DNA of 63,725 nucleotides, counting the filler, from Welwitschia mirabilis (Eukaryota): assembly GCA_051453625.1 (NCBI GenBank). It is 7 parts of one record of this genome, joined end to end, with 100 filler letters (N's around TTAATTAATTAA, not from the genome) between each part and the next. Parts side by side here need not be neighbours in the genome. Positions count along the whole stretch, not along the records: positions 45,058 to 56,621 come from JBOZIK010000001.1; positions 56,722 to 61,787 come from JBOZIK010000001.1; 5 more parts are not named here. The stretch is one strand, 5' to 3'. Below the pieces are notes generated by a model. That model saw only the letters and a list, made by a program, of their open reading frames with translations. It ran no database searches and was not told the DNA's origin. Made by a program: the position numbers and the translations under genes. Below are positions 46,274-58,479 of this stretch, piece by piece (the first letter of the stretch is position 1; the number at the start of each line of letters is the position of its first letter).

Positions 46274-48397
46274 ATGGGGCCGCAGAAGCTAATGCTGCTC
46301 GCAGCTTGCCTGCTGCAGCTTTGTCTCTTCTGTGTATCGCCCGTTTTTGCTGCCGTCCGCAGATTCGACTGGGTTGTAAGTGCTCCTTTTCTGCGCTTCC
46401 TTCTCTCTTTGTTCATTTGATTTCTGTTACTGTTATCGTTCTTGTACCGATGCGCGCGTTCCGCAGCTTGCCCAAACGAATGTCTCCAGGCTCTGCACAA
46501 CCCAGGATTCCGTTACGGTGAATGGAATGTTCCCTGGGCCAACCCTCCGAGTCCGCGAGGGAGATTTTGTCATCGTCAATGTCCGCAACAATGCCAAATA
46601 CAACGCCACCATTCACTGGTATCTTCGGTTATTGGGTTTCCTTCAATGAAAACAAGGAAGTGAGCGGTGTCTAATTCTTTGAGGTTACTTGTGGTGCAGG
46701 CACGGACTGAAGCAGATGCGGAATCCGTGGTCGGACGGACCGGCATACATCACTCAGTGTCCGATCCAGTCGGGCCAAAACTTCACTTACAGATTCAAGA
46801 TCGAAGATCAACGCGGCACTCTTTTCTGGCACGCCCATTGGTCCTGGCTCCGTGCCACTGTCCACGGCGCCATCGTCATTTTACCCAAGAAATCCCAGGG
46901 CTTTCCATATGCCCATCCTGCGCGCGAAGAAATCATCATACTCGGTAAGCCGACTCTTCCCCTTCAAAAACTTAATCGACACAGACACGGATTGATTACA
47001 GGCCGTTTGCAGAGAAAACTGAAAGTACTCTCATCCGTTCTCGACGGTGTCTTTTTTCAGGAGAATGGTGGAACTACGATCCGGTAAAAGTAGTCGACGA
47101 GATGATGCTGACCGGCGACCCCACAAAACTCTCCAACGCGCTGACCATCAACGGACAGCCCGGCGACGCCGCGCCGTGCTCCGCCGAGAACATGACGCGC
47201 ATACAGCTGAGCAAAGGCGAGCGCATTCTGCTGCGGTTCATAAACGCGGGAATCAACCAGATGAACTTCCTGGGCATAGCCCATCACAAACTCACAGTAG
47301 TTGCAGTCGACGCACTCTACACAAAACCCTTCGAAACAGACTACATCGTCATCGATCCGGGCCAAACAGTTGATGCTCTGCTGGAAGCAAACCAGAGNNN
47401 NNNNNNNNNNNNNNNNNNNNNNNNNNNNNNNNNNNNGAGCCGGGACGACGAAATCTACGACAACACAACGGCCACAGCAGTTTTCGAATACTCCTCCTGC
47501 GCTTCGGACGCCTCCAAATCGACGTCCACGGCGCATTTTCCAGAGCTTCCGGAGGCCCATGATACAGACAAAGGAGAAGCCTTTTTCAGCTCCCTGCGCA
47601 GTCTGAACTCGCCCGAATATCCCTCGGCGGTTCCTCAGGATCCCGTGGACATCAATCTCTTCTACGTTGAAATGCCCGGAATCGTTCCCTGCGCCCCCGG
47701 CATCGAGTGCGGGGGCATCGACGGCCAAAAAGTCTACTCAGCTCTCAACAATATTTCAATGGTGTTGCCGGAGATTCCGATCCTGGAAGCCTACTACTTC
47801 GGCATTCACGGCGTCTATACCAACGATTTCCCCGACGCGCCCATGACTATTTTCAATTACACGGACCCCGACACGCCTGTCAGTTACACCGAAATGGCCA
47901 CCAAAGTGAGGGTTCTCAAGTTCAATTCGACTGTGCAGTTGGTTCTGCAGGCGAGCGGCATCTTCGGCGGGGAAAGCCACAATTTCCATTTGCACGGCCA
48001 TGATTTCTACGTTGTGGCCAGGGGATTCGGCAACTACGATCCTGTGAACGATCCGAAAACCTTCAATTTGGTCGATCCGCCGAAGCGGAATACGTTCAAT
48101 CTGCCGCTGGGTGGATGGGCGGTGATCAGATTCGTGGCGGACAATCCTGGTGTCTGGTTTATGCACTGTCATTTGGATTATCATATGTCTATTGGAATGG
48201 CCATGGCTTTCGTTACACTTGACGGGCCGGAACCGCACCAGAGGGTTTACACGCCTCCCGTGGACTTCCCCGTGTGCGCTTCTGCGCAGCTGGAGCAGAA
48301 ACAGCAGCTTTTGATGAAAGGCCATGTTGCTCGCTACCCGGCTTTCTCCGATTCAGGCGAGAGTATTCTCGAAAGAGATTTGGGTGAGTTTCATTGA
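46274..48397 (+). CDS. LAC: Laccase (plant multicopper oxidase); 4 exons 46274-46375, 46467-46618, 46700-46944, 47061-48397; about 611 aa with signal peptide
   Basis: Signal peptide [26 protein letters not shown]. All introns are GT-AG. Exons 2 and 3 are 152 and 245 bp, as in typical plant laccases. All four copper motifs are present: [24 protein letters not shown] and [13 protein letters not shown] 39-N gap at 47398-47436 keeps the frame. Confidence 0.95.
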
Positions 48398-48984
48398 AGT
48401 TTTGGACAGTGAATTTTCGTCAACAGTCAGTGAATATTCCGTTACGGAGTAAATAAATTGCAAGGGCAAGTGGTACGAGATGAAATTTCAACGTTCGTCG
48501 TTAAAGATTAGAGTTAGATGTTTGGTCTTTATACGTTGAGCAGTTTGGTGCGGTGCACTGGCATGATTCATTTGTAGACATGTTGGCATGCAAAGTGTAA
48601 AAAGTAGAAGTGAAGAAGGGCATAGCTAGTGTTATAGATGAGTTAACAGAAATGCTTACCATAACATATGCTTCTTATTTAGTTTTGTATGATCTCATCA
48701 CTCTATTGGGTTAGTTATCAATGAATATGTCTAATTTGAACTCACAGTGGCTTATATGTTATTAAAAAAAGAATTGTTAGCTTTAGAGCACATAAACTAC
48801 ATTAGATGTAGATTTATGCTCAATGTTGATTGTCTCTTTTCAAATGAGATCATTCTAATAATCCAAATAGCAGTCGTACGTTACAAAAGGATGTGATAGC
48901 TCATTTCATATTAATGAGTATTGTTCACAATTTGAAACCTTATGAGATATGCGAGTGAACATTCTACAAGACAAATCATCTATT

Positions 48985-49230
48985 AGAAATGAAAGCTACT
49001 TGATGCTTCCTGTCTTCCAAGTAGTTAGTAGCTTCTTTCTCATTTTGAAAGTTGAGGACTTAAATCATCTTTTAGGAATGAAAGCTACTTGGTACTCCAT
49101 TTCTTCTAAGTGGTTAGTGGTATCCTTCTCATTTTGAAAGGCAAGGACTTAAATCATTGACTAGGAATGAAAGCTACTTGACACTCTTATGTCTTTTAGG
49201 GGGTTGTTAGCTTTCTTCTCATTTTTTTTT
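48985..49230. repeat. 89-bp tandem repeat, about 2.8 copies
   Basis: AG(G/A)AATGAAAGCTACTT starts at 48985, 49074 and 49163; CTCATTTTGAAAG..GGACTTAAATCAT is shared by the first two units. Confidence 0.85.
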
Positions 49231-49246
49231 AAAGAAAAAAAATAGC

Positions 49247-49385
49247 TTTTTTTTTTATTACCTTGCAAGGAATTGAACCCACGACCTGTCTCTTGAAAGC
49301 TATAATTTGACTTTGAAATGTGGAAGCATATAACAGGTATTAATATCTTCAATGATAGATGTTCATGGTGCATTAGCCAGGTAGT
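49247..49385 (-). other. Possible tRNA-derived SINE or tRNA-like relic
   Basis: The minus strand reads GGTCGTGGGTTCAATTCC (B-box/T-arm-like, core at 49269-49279) followed by an A-run (T-run 49247-49256 on +). A weak A-box-like TGGCTAATG lies upstream. No full cloverleaf is visible. Confidence 0.3.
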
Positions 49386-51092
49386 TTATTTGACAATGGA
49401 TTGTAAAGAGAATCCCACTTTGAAATTGTAGGATCCTTGGCTTCCATTTTAAACAATAAACCTAATCTTTCTCCTTGATCTTTATACTAGTTGGTTACAA
49501 CTTAGGATTTACAAAATCAAGTCAAGTAATGAAATGAAGGGAAAAAATAAACATTTATAATTTACTCTAGAATATGGTCACAAGCAATACTCCTAAACAG
49601 CTAATGTCTACATTAAAGAAGGTAAAATTTGTAAAAGATTGTTAAGAGAATAGGGAATTATAATGAAGTCCTATTTTAATAATTATAATATTATAAACAT
49701 GTTTTATCTAAAGAGTTAAAACCATAAATTAATAATATTTTAATTAAATAAATAATAATTATAATAATAGTAATAAGAAATGGACTTACTTGTTAAATTC
49801 AATTAATGATTTTTTGTGTTTAAGAGTCCCACCCAAATTCTACATAATCCTTTTAGTGGTGGACACAAACATATATCCACGGGATATGACCCATGCTTTC
49901 ATGTAGTGTTGGAATTTCCGATTCGTCAAAAATATAACAATAAGAAACTCTTATCTAAAGAAATTAAAAATAACATTTTAATTTAGAAAAGAAAAATACG
50001 TAACAAGAAAGGGTAAACTTGTAATAAAATAATAAGATGGTGGTGATAAATGTGAAAAGAACTTACCTTTAATGATGAAAAGAAAATCTTGTAGTAAAAC
50101 CTTCTTAAAGTATCACTTACCTTTTGTTACTAGACACAGTGGAAAAGGTAGAATGAGCAAGGAGGAAACTCTTTCATATAATGAATCTAGGAGAAGAGGA
50201 GGCCAAATAAATCATTTACAAAGGTAAGGACATAGATTTTTCTTGCGTTCTTAACAATGCCTTTATAAGAATGTGGGAATGGGATTTGTAAAAAGATCTT
50301 TTTCTTATTTTTTTCTTGGATAGTGGTTCTATCAATGGGTTTGGAATCTCATGTGTTTTAGCATCCAACTCTCAGTTGGAATGATGACCTAACTAATCCT
50401 AGGTATCAAACGATGTAATCATCTGGTTTTCCCCTTCTCTATTTTTTATTCTTTTTTCTCAATTTTTTTTTTTTATTTCAATAAATCAGGCTTCATTAGA
50501 CTCTTTAACACATAAACGTTACTATGACACCATTGGATTCTAAAGTCCAATTTTAGGTGGAATATAAGTAGGCCTATTTGTAAAATTGTAAACAACATTT
50601 TACTACACATTGTCACACGATTCTTATTTCTACATCTTGGTATGATTGTAATATAGTTATGGTTGGAACTTCACACAGTTTGTTAAATCAATGAAGGAGT
50701 TATGATAAAAACAAGAGGACTATAGTTTTCCACAAACATGAACTTATAAATAGATTTAAATGGAATGTTTTTGGGTTGATGGTTGCAAAAGGCCAATGGA
50801 ATTTAATACACCTATGATTAGAAAAGGGGTTAAAGGTAGTTAATAAATGATTATTTTATGAAAGATATATGAACTTAAGGATACACATAGACATACACAC
50901 CAAAAAATAATCCAACATGGATCAAGTTTTAAACGTATGACATATATGTAAGACAACATTAGATCCATATATCTAGGCATCATAAAGACATTAATCGGAA
51001 AAGTATTTATGGAAACATATTATATGAACAATCAATGGAATATGACTATCTATTTACACCAATTGTGGAATATAATACCACAATACTAAGGA

Positions 51093-51501
51093 TACAAGTA
51101 TTGGAAACCATGTAATACTGATAATCGATGATCCATACAAGTCTTGAAAACAATACACTATATCTGTGGTGAATACGTATAAGTCTTATAAACCATATAA
51201 TACTAACGCACTATGGTACATACAAGTCTTGGAAACCATATACGACATCTATGGTGCATACATAAAAGCCTTGTGGTGAATCCATATAAGTCCTAGAAAC
51301 CATATAATACTGACACTCTATGTGAATACAAGTCTTGGAAATCATACACTACATCTATAGTGCATACATACAAGCCTTGTGACGAATACATACAAGTATT
51401 AAAAACCATATGATACTAACATTCTATTGTGCATACAAGTCTTGAAAATCATACACTACATCTATGGTGCATACATACAAGCCTTGGAAATCATATAGGA
51501 C
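51093..51501. repeat. Minisatellite, core TACAAGTCTTGGAAACCATA, units of about 43/42/22 bp
   Basis: About 11 units beginning TA(C/T/A)AAG; the array is cut at 51502 by an LTR. Confidence 0.85.
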
Positions 51502-53227
51502 TATCGCAGTGTGTATTTGTAGAAATGTTAAGTCCTCGAACAGATCCTATAAATCACAAATATATATAGATTTTATACAATACAACATACTAATATAAAT
51601 CGAAGTGATCCAGATGTTCTATTCTCGTTAAAGGCACAGGTGAGAAGAAAGAGAATTGATTTCAAAAATAAAACAATATGTATCCTTAAAATAGAATAAA
51701 ATAATAATGCAGAAATAATAATGCAAATACACTATGTAAATGAAATGCAATTCTAAACTAAATGAANNNNNNNNNNNNNNNNNNNNNNNNNNNNNNNNNN
51801 NNNNNNNNNNNNNNNNNNNNNNNNNNNNNNNNNNNNNNNNNNNNNNNNNNNNNNNNNNNNNNNNNNAAAATAGAACAAAATAATAATGCAGAAATAATAA
51901 TGTAAATCCACTATGTAAATGAAATGCAAGTCTAAACTAAATGAAACTTCCGTCCCATTATCAAATCAACCTATCACAGAGATCGACCCTCATAATCTAT
52001 ATCACCAAAGAAGTTGTCACGGAATCAGAAGTGACATAAACCAGAAGGGACATGCAAAAAATAAAAGATATAAAAAGAAAAAAAGAGTTTTGATTAGAAG
52101 CAAACCAACATCTGTGTTACAAAGAAGCACCAACTCAATGAAGGATACACAACTCAACACCAAGGAAGATGTCTCTCTGCAACAACAATGGATGGACCTT
52201 CGGTCCTTCGATCTCCTATCACGAGAATTTTGGATGCAAACAAAGATGAAAAATGAAGTTAAAGGTGGAGGAGGTATTTATTACAAACAGATTCTAAAAT
52301 ACAAAAATAACAATAGACACGCAAATAACCCTAACAACCGCACAAGAATGTGTGAGATAAACAGCTAGAGTTTAGTGAATTTTAGTAAAGCATTTATCTC
52401 AGGTGTCATCCTTCTAGTCATTTGGACATCACAGGAGATGATGCCATCTCATAAGAGTTTTACATTAGCTGTCAAATTGATCCAGTCAACATCCTCCTTA
52501 GCTTAAGTGTTTTTTTCATCCATACAGTCATCTGGATGATGAGGTAGATGATAGGCTTTCTAAAGTATTCCATGTATCACATTAGCCTGTTTGATTGCAG
52601 AACTATTGTTTCAGATGGAAAGTATTATAAATGGCTTTAAATGCTATCAAATGTAATGAAGATTGCATGTTTCCATGGCATTTGCCTTAGCTCTTTATTG
52701 TCATCGAAACTTAGCATAAACTTGTCTAATTTCTTATAAAACTACTTAAAATACCCTATCAAATACATACAATTTGACAGTGCAATATAGCCCCCCGCTT
52801 ATCCTTATTAGTTCTTGAGAAAACCAGGTGAACAACCACAATTATGAGCCAAGTTGTCTAACAATAAATCAACTAAGGAATTGTGAAGTAAACTTAGAAA
52901 GATTTTTAGGAATATCAAAATATGAAATAGAAATGTCAAAAATAGATAATTGAACATTTCACTTATGTAGTATAACTAGCTGTACTGTCATCTTGATGCT
53001 CGTCTGGACGATGTAAAGGATGACAGGCTCAAAAATTAATCTTGAAAAATAAAATCCTGCGAAAATGTTTTTAGAAAGATAGTCATTAAATATATGGATA
53101 ATTAATAGCCCCCTACTAAAATGTGTAGCAGATAAAAGATAATCATGAATAATATAAATAGTCCTCATCATGAAGTGTAAAAATGGTATATAAAAATATG
53201 CATAAAATTCAATAATAAAAACATACA
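51502..53227 (-). mobile_element. Athila-family 3' LTR (51502-52787), PPT and 3' UTR
   Basis: Termini TATCGCAG...TGCAATA, PPT complement TAGCCCCCCGCTT, and similarity to 17187-18700. Confidence 0.8.
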
Positions 53228-54912
53228 NNNNNNNNNNNNNNNNNNNNNNNNNNNNNNNNNNNNNNNNNNNNNNNNNNNNNNNNNNNNNNNNNNNNNNNNN
53301 NNNNNNNNNNNNNNNNNNNNNNNNNNNNNNNNNNNNNNNNNNNNNNNNNNNNNNNNNNNNNNNNNNNNNNNNNNNNNNNNNNNNNNNNNNNNNNNNNNNN
53401 NNNNNNNNNNNNNNNNNNNNNNNNNNNNNNNNNNNNNNNNNNNNNNNNNNNNNNNNNNNNNNNNNNNNNNNNNNNNNNNNNNNNNNNNNNNNNNNNNNNN
53501 NNNNNNNNNNNNNNNNNNNNNNNNNNNNNNNNNNNNNNNNNNNNNNNNNNNNNNNNNNNNNNNNNNNNNNNNNNNNNNNNNNNNNNNNNNNNNNNNNNNN
53601 NNNNNNTAGTCTACTATCTTTCTTATAGTCTCAATGTTCTCTACAGGAGGGCCTGCATCTACTCAAGTGAAGTGCCAACTCAATCATAAATACACAATAG
53701 GTCATATAGCTAAAATACATCACATGGATACTCAAAACGAACTCATAAATTGGTTTAAAATGTGTAGAACTTGTGAAAATATATCTGTTCATCCTCCCTC
53801 CAAAAGTATCAATATGTCTCGCATTGCCTAATCATNNNNNNNNNNNNNNNNNNNNNNNNNNNNNNNNNNNNNNNNNNNNNNNNNNNNNNNNNNNNNNNNN
53901 NNNNNNNNNNNNNNNNNNNNNNNNNNNNNNNNNNNNNNNNNNNNNNNNNNNNNNNNNNNNNNNNNNNNNNNNNNNNNNNNNNNNNNNNNNNNNNNNNNNN
54001 NNNNNNNNNNNNNNNNNNNNNNNNNNNNNNNNNNNNNNNNNNNNNNNNNNNNNNNNNNNNNNNNNNNNNNNNNNNNNNNNNNNNNNNNNNNNNNNNNNNN
54101 NNNNNNNNNNNNNNNNNNNNNNNNNNNNNNNNNNNNNNNNNNNNNNNNNNNNNNNNNNNNNNNNNNNNNNNNNNNNNNNNNNNNNNNNNNNNNNNNNNNN
54201 NNNNNNNNNNNNNNNNNNNNNNNNNNNNNNNNNNNNNNNNNNNNNNNNNNNNNNNNNNNNNNNNNNNNNNNNNNNNNNNNNNNNNNNNNNNNNNNNNNNN
54301 NNNNNNNNNNNNNNNNNNNNNNNNNNNNNNNNNNNNNNNNNNNNNNNNNNNNNNNNNNNNNNNNNNNNNNNNNNNNNNNNNNNNNNNNNNNNNNNNNNNN
54401 NNNNNNNNNNNNNNNNNNNNNNNNNNNNNNNNNNNNNNNNNNNNNNNNNNNNNNNNNNNNNNNNNNNNNNNNNNNNNNNNNNNNNNNNNNNNNNNNNNNN
54501 NNNNNNNNNNNNNNNNNNNNNNNNNNNNNNNNNNNNNNNNNNNNNNNNNNNNNNNNNNNNNNNNNNNNNNNNNNNNNNNNNNNNNNNNNNNNNNNNNNNN
54601 NNNNNNNNNNNNNNNNNNNNNNNNNNNNNNNNNNNNNNNNNNNNNNNNNNNNNNNNNNNNNNNNNNNNNNNNNNNNNNNNNNNNNNNNNNNNNNNNNNNN
54701 NNNNNNNNNNNNNNNNNNNNNNNNNNNNNNNNNNNNNNNNNNNNNNNNNNNNNNNNNNNNNNNNNNNNNNNNNNNNNNNNNNNNNNNNNNNNNNNNNNNT
54801 GTTGATAGGGACTAGGGGTGTTGTTGTTTCTCAAGAGAATGGGTAGAAATAATAGAGAATAGAAGAAAAATAAGGATAAAGAAGTCATACTACAATTTTA
54901 TCATACTGTCAT

Positions 54913-56621
54913 TGTTACAGTGTGTGTTTATGCAATGTTTCACTCTTTGATCTCAATCTTGTTAATTATAAATAAGATGCAAAGTACAACACGCTAGTAT
55001 AGACGGAGTGATCCGAATGTCATAATTCCATCGAAGGTCGATAGTATGGATAATAAAGAATTGATTTTCAGAAATAAATGTGTAACTCTATTCTACTAAA
55101 ATAAATTGCAATGCATGGAAATTGNNNNNNNNNNNNNNNNNNNNNNNNNNNNNNNNNNNNNNNNNNNNNNNNNNNNNNNNNNNNNNNNNNNNNNNNNNNN
55201 NNNNNNNNNNNNNNNNNNNNNNNNNNNNNNNNNNNNNNNNNNNNNNNNNNNNNNNNNNNNNNNNNNNNNNNNNNNNNNNNNNNNNNNNNNNNNNNNNNNN
55301 NNNNNNNNNNNNNNNNNNNNNNNNNNNNNNNNNNNNNNNNNNNNNNNNNNNNNNNNNNNNNNNNNNNNNNNNNNNNNNNNNNNNNNNNNNNNNNNNNNNN
55401 NNNNNNNNNNNNNNNNNNNNNNNNNNNNNNNNNNNNACCTTTAATTATAGACAGAAAGGGAAAGAAAACTGATAGAGAAGTAGAAGAGAAACCTCAGCTG
55501 ACATGCAAAGTAAATTCGCAAATAACAGGCGACAACTTGGGAATACATTCTGTAAAACTATGGGAGAATAGTGTTGTCCTTCTGATCGTCCAGACAATGG
55601 AGGAGATGACAAAGATTGATAATGAGTTATCTATTTAGTTTTCAGTTTAACTGTTTGTGAACTACATGCTAAGTCCTGTCAACTGGTTCTAGAGATGTCA
55701 TCCACTAGTATCGTCTGGACGATGGGGTGGACGATGGAGTCTGATAATAAGATCTTCAGTTTGACTATGAGTTATCTTGGAAGAGGTCTATTTGTCACTC
55801 AATTAGGGTCGTCGTCTTGCCTGTCGTGTGGATGACAGAGGGGAGGAAAGTCTTTTCTTTATTCTTTATCATTATGATATCTTGTTGTTTGCAGGGATAA
55901 TCATATGAAAATACAATTTATCCATATCTGCATGAAATGCTCATGAATTATCTGATAAATTGCATGTTTTCGTCTTGTGCTCCTAAATTCTTGATTATCA
56001 TAGGAACTAGGCAATTATCTATTAGTTTATTTGCAAAACAACTCAAAATATCTTATCAAATACATCTAAGTTGGTATCGCAACATAGCCCCCCACTTAGC
56101 CTTATTAGTCCCTGACAAAACCAGACAGTAAACTGTGTTTGCAAGCCAACTTTTTAAACAATAAAAGCTAGGATATCTAAAGAATGAAATTGAAATATAT
56201 GTGTATTATGGACTGAATTCAAAAATTTTAAAAACTGAATAAAGTACCTGTATCAATATCAGAAGTGTATCGTCCGTTGTGTCGTCTGGACGATAGTGGG
56301 GATGACAGACTCCTTAACAGATTTTGAAAGTCTAGAACCTATGAGAAAAAATAGATTTTACATTAACCATAAAGTTTTGATAAACAGCTCCTTCTGTGAT
56401 AGATAGTTAAATATAATCATGTAAAAATTAAGGAGGATAATGATTTATCCTAATCGAAAAATTTGGATTAAAAATATGCAACATTGAAAATATATATGTT
56501 CCTTCCCCCAACTTAAAATATGCAATACATCCCAAATTGCCTAAACTAACGAAAATGAAAAATGTAGCAACGACTGAAATGAAAAACTTAAACTAGTAAA
56601 CTAGGAAAGAAGAAAATGGGA
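54913..56621 (-). mobile_element. Athila-family 3' LTR (54913-56084), PPT and 3' UTR; closest to the 27456 subfamily
   Basis: Termini TGTTACAG...CGCAACA, PPT complement TAGCCCCCCACTT, collinear with 27456-30330. Confidence 0.85.
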
Positions 56622-56721
56622 NNNNNNNNNNNNNNNNNNNNNNNNNNNNNNNNNNNNNNNNNNNNTTAATTAATTAANNNNNNNNNNNNNNNNNNNNNNN
56701 NNNNNNNNNNNNNNNNNNNNN

Positions 56722-58050
56722 ATAAATTAGGGTGGTCCGTATCAGTGGCATAGGGCAGAATTAAGCATAAGCTAATGAAAGAATGCAATCTTCAACTCAA
56801 ATACAAAAGAGTATCATGACATATGAAATGACATGTTATCAAAACATATTACTCACGCAAATATACATATAAGCATCAATAGCTATGTCTTAAAATATAG
56901 GAGATAGCTAATCAATTCTAATGCATGAACAATCACAATGCATATGAATAATTAATATAAATCATATATGGGTAGCCAAACTTATAGTGAATCCCCTAGT
57001 CACTTGGCCAAAATATCCATTAGACACACAGAAGCTAAGCCTATCAAGAGGTCCCTCGACTCTCTGCCTTATCTTAGTCTACCCCAATGGGAGGGAAGAA
57101 GATATATAACTAACCATCAGTAAATCCATCAACTAAGCATGTAAAGAGATCCCTCAAATCTCTCCCTCATCTTAGTATCAGCCAATGGGAGGAATAATAG
57201 CAATAGTATAACATGATGTAGAAATCCAATTAACACACAGGTATACACACACACATACATATTGTTTAGGTAAGGTACCTCATGGCTACTCATTTTATAA
57301 CATGACATAATAAATCTAATAATATGTAAATAATAAATATCCAAAGGAACTAGTCCATATGCCACTGAGTATAATCACTAGTCTCAAAGGACTCAATATG
57401 ATAGAAGTAAAAGAACAAAAGAAGCTAATTTATGCCTAACTATCTTTCAACGAGTATCATAGAAAAATTACTAATGATGCATCATCTTACACATAAAATG
57501 ACAAATACTACTTAAGAATTTCCAATTCATAAACATAGATATGTAAGGANNNNNNNNNNNNNNNNNNNNNNNNNNNNNNNNNNNNNNNNNNNNNNNNNNN
57601 NNNNNNNNNNNNNNNNNNNNNNNNNNNNNNNNNNNNNNNNNNNNNNNNNTGATGCAGAAATACGATTAACACATGATATAAATACACACGTACACATGCC
57701 AACATGACAGGGTACCTCATGGCTACTCCTTTTATAACATAGTGTAACAAATCTAATAGTATGTAAATATATAAATGGTTAAAGGAACTAGTCCATATGC
57801 CACTGAGTCTAATCACTAGTCTCAAAAGACTCAATACAATAGAATTGAAAGAACAAAAGAAGCTAATTTTATGCCTAACTATCTTTCAACGAGTATCATA
57901 GAAAAATTACTAATGATACATCATTTTACACACAAAATAACATATACTACTTAAGCATTTTTAATTCATAAACATAGATATGTAAGGAAATAAGTTTAAG
58001 CTAAGTACCTGGATTGCGATAAGGCATATTGAGGTAACCATGGTCCCTAG
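56722..58050 (-). repeat. Unclassified repeat (probably LTR-like), related to 6950-7045
   Basis: Inverted match to 6950-7045, an internal direct repeat (about 57035-57093 versus 57133-57193), and a gap-flanking duplication. Confidence 0.5.
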
Positions 58051-58479
58051 TAAATGTGCTAGACCTACATCATTAGATGACTATATCATGCATAATATAA
58101 TTACTTTGCATTACATAAACACATACCATTATGACAAAGAAAAATCATAACCCCTCCTCTATAATGCTGACGTGGTAGCTAAATCTATAAATGTAATTGC
58201 TTATAATGTTAACAATAATAAAAAGGAATGTAATTAAGTTAGGTCCTATACACATAATTACATATTTATCTCTAAGTGCCATTACATCATAGGAAGGGAA
58301 ACCACTAACGATATATCGTCAATACACAAGGTAATGAACAACAACTAGAACATTTTTATCTAAGGAGTTAACATAAGTATTCATCTTATCTAAACACTTT
58401 CCCTATTATGAATTTACTTCTGACATCATCATATACTCCAGAATGCAACATGTTTTTCCATTTATGACGTATGTACATG

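Noticed and set aside
46020..48325. Alternative-frame and antisense ORFs over the laccase (for example 47057-47728 minus, 47756-48325 minus)
   Set aside because: These are shadow ORFs expected from GC-rich coding sequence and show no independent motifs.
47102..48397. Stand-alone 431-aa protein starting at 47102
   Set aside because: It is the last exon of the spliced laccase; the first two copper motifs are in upstream exons.
51093..51501. CRISPR-like array
   Set aside because: The spacers are homologous to each other and cycle, so this is a minisatellite.
51919..52368. 149-aa ORF
   Set aside because: It lies inside an LTR whose other copies have stops here, so it is a chance ORF.
8569..55638. 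Long ORFs in the track made mostly of X (for example 8569-9174, 25249-25902, 43416-44372, 53773-54846)
   Set aside because: They are artifacts of N runs, which contain no stop codons.
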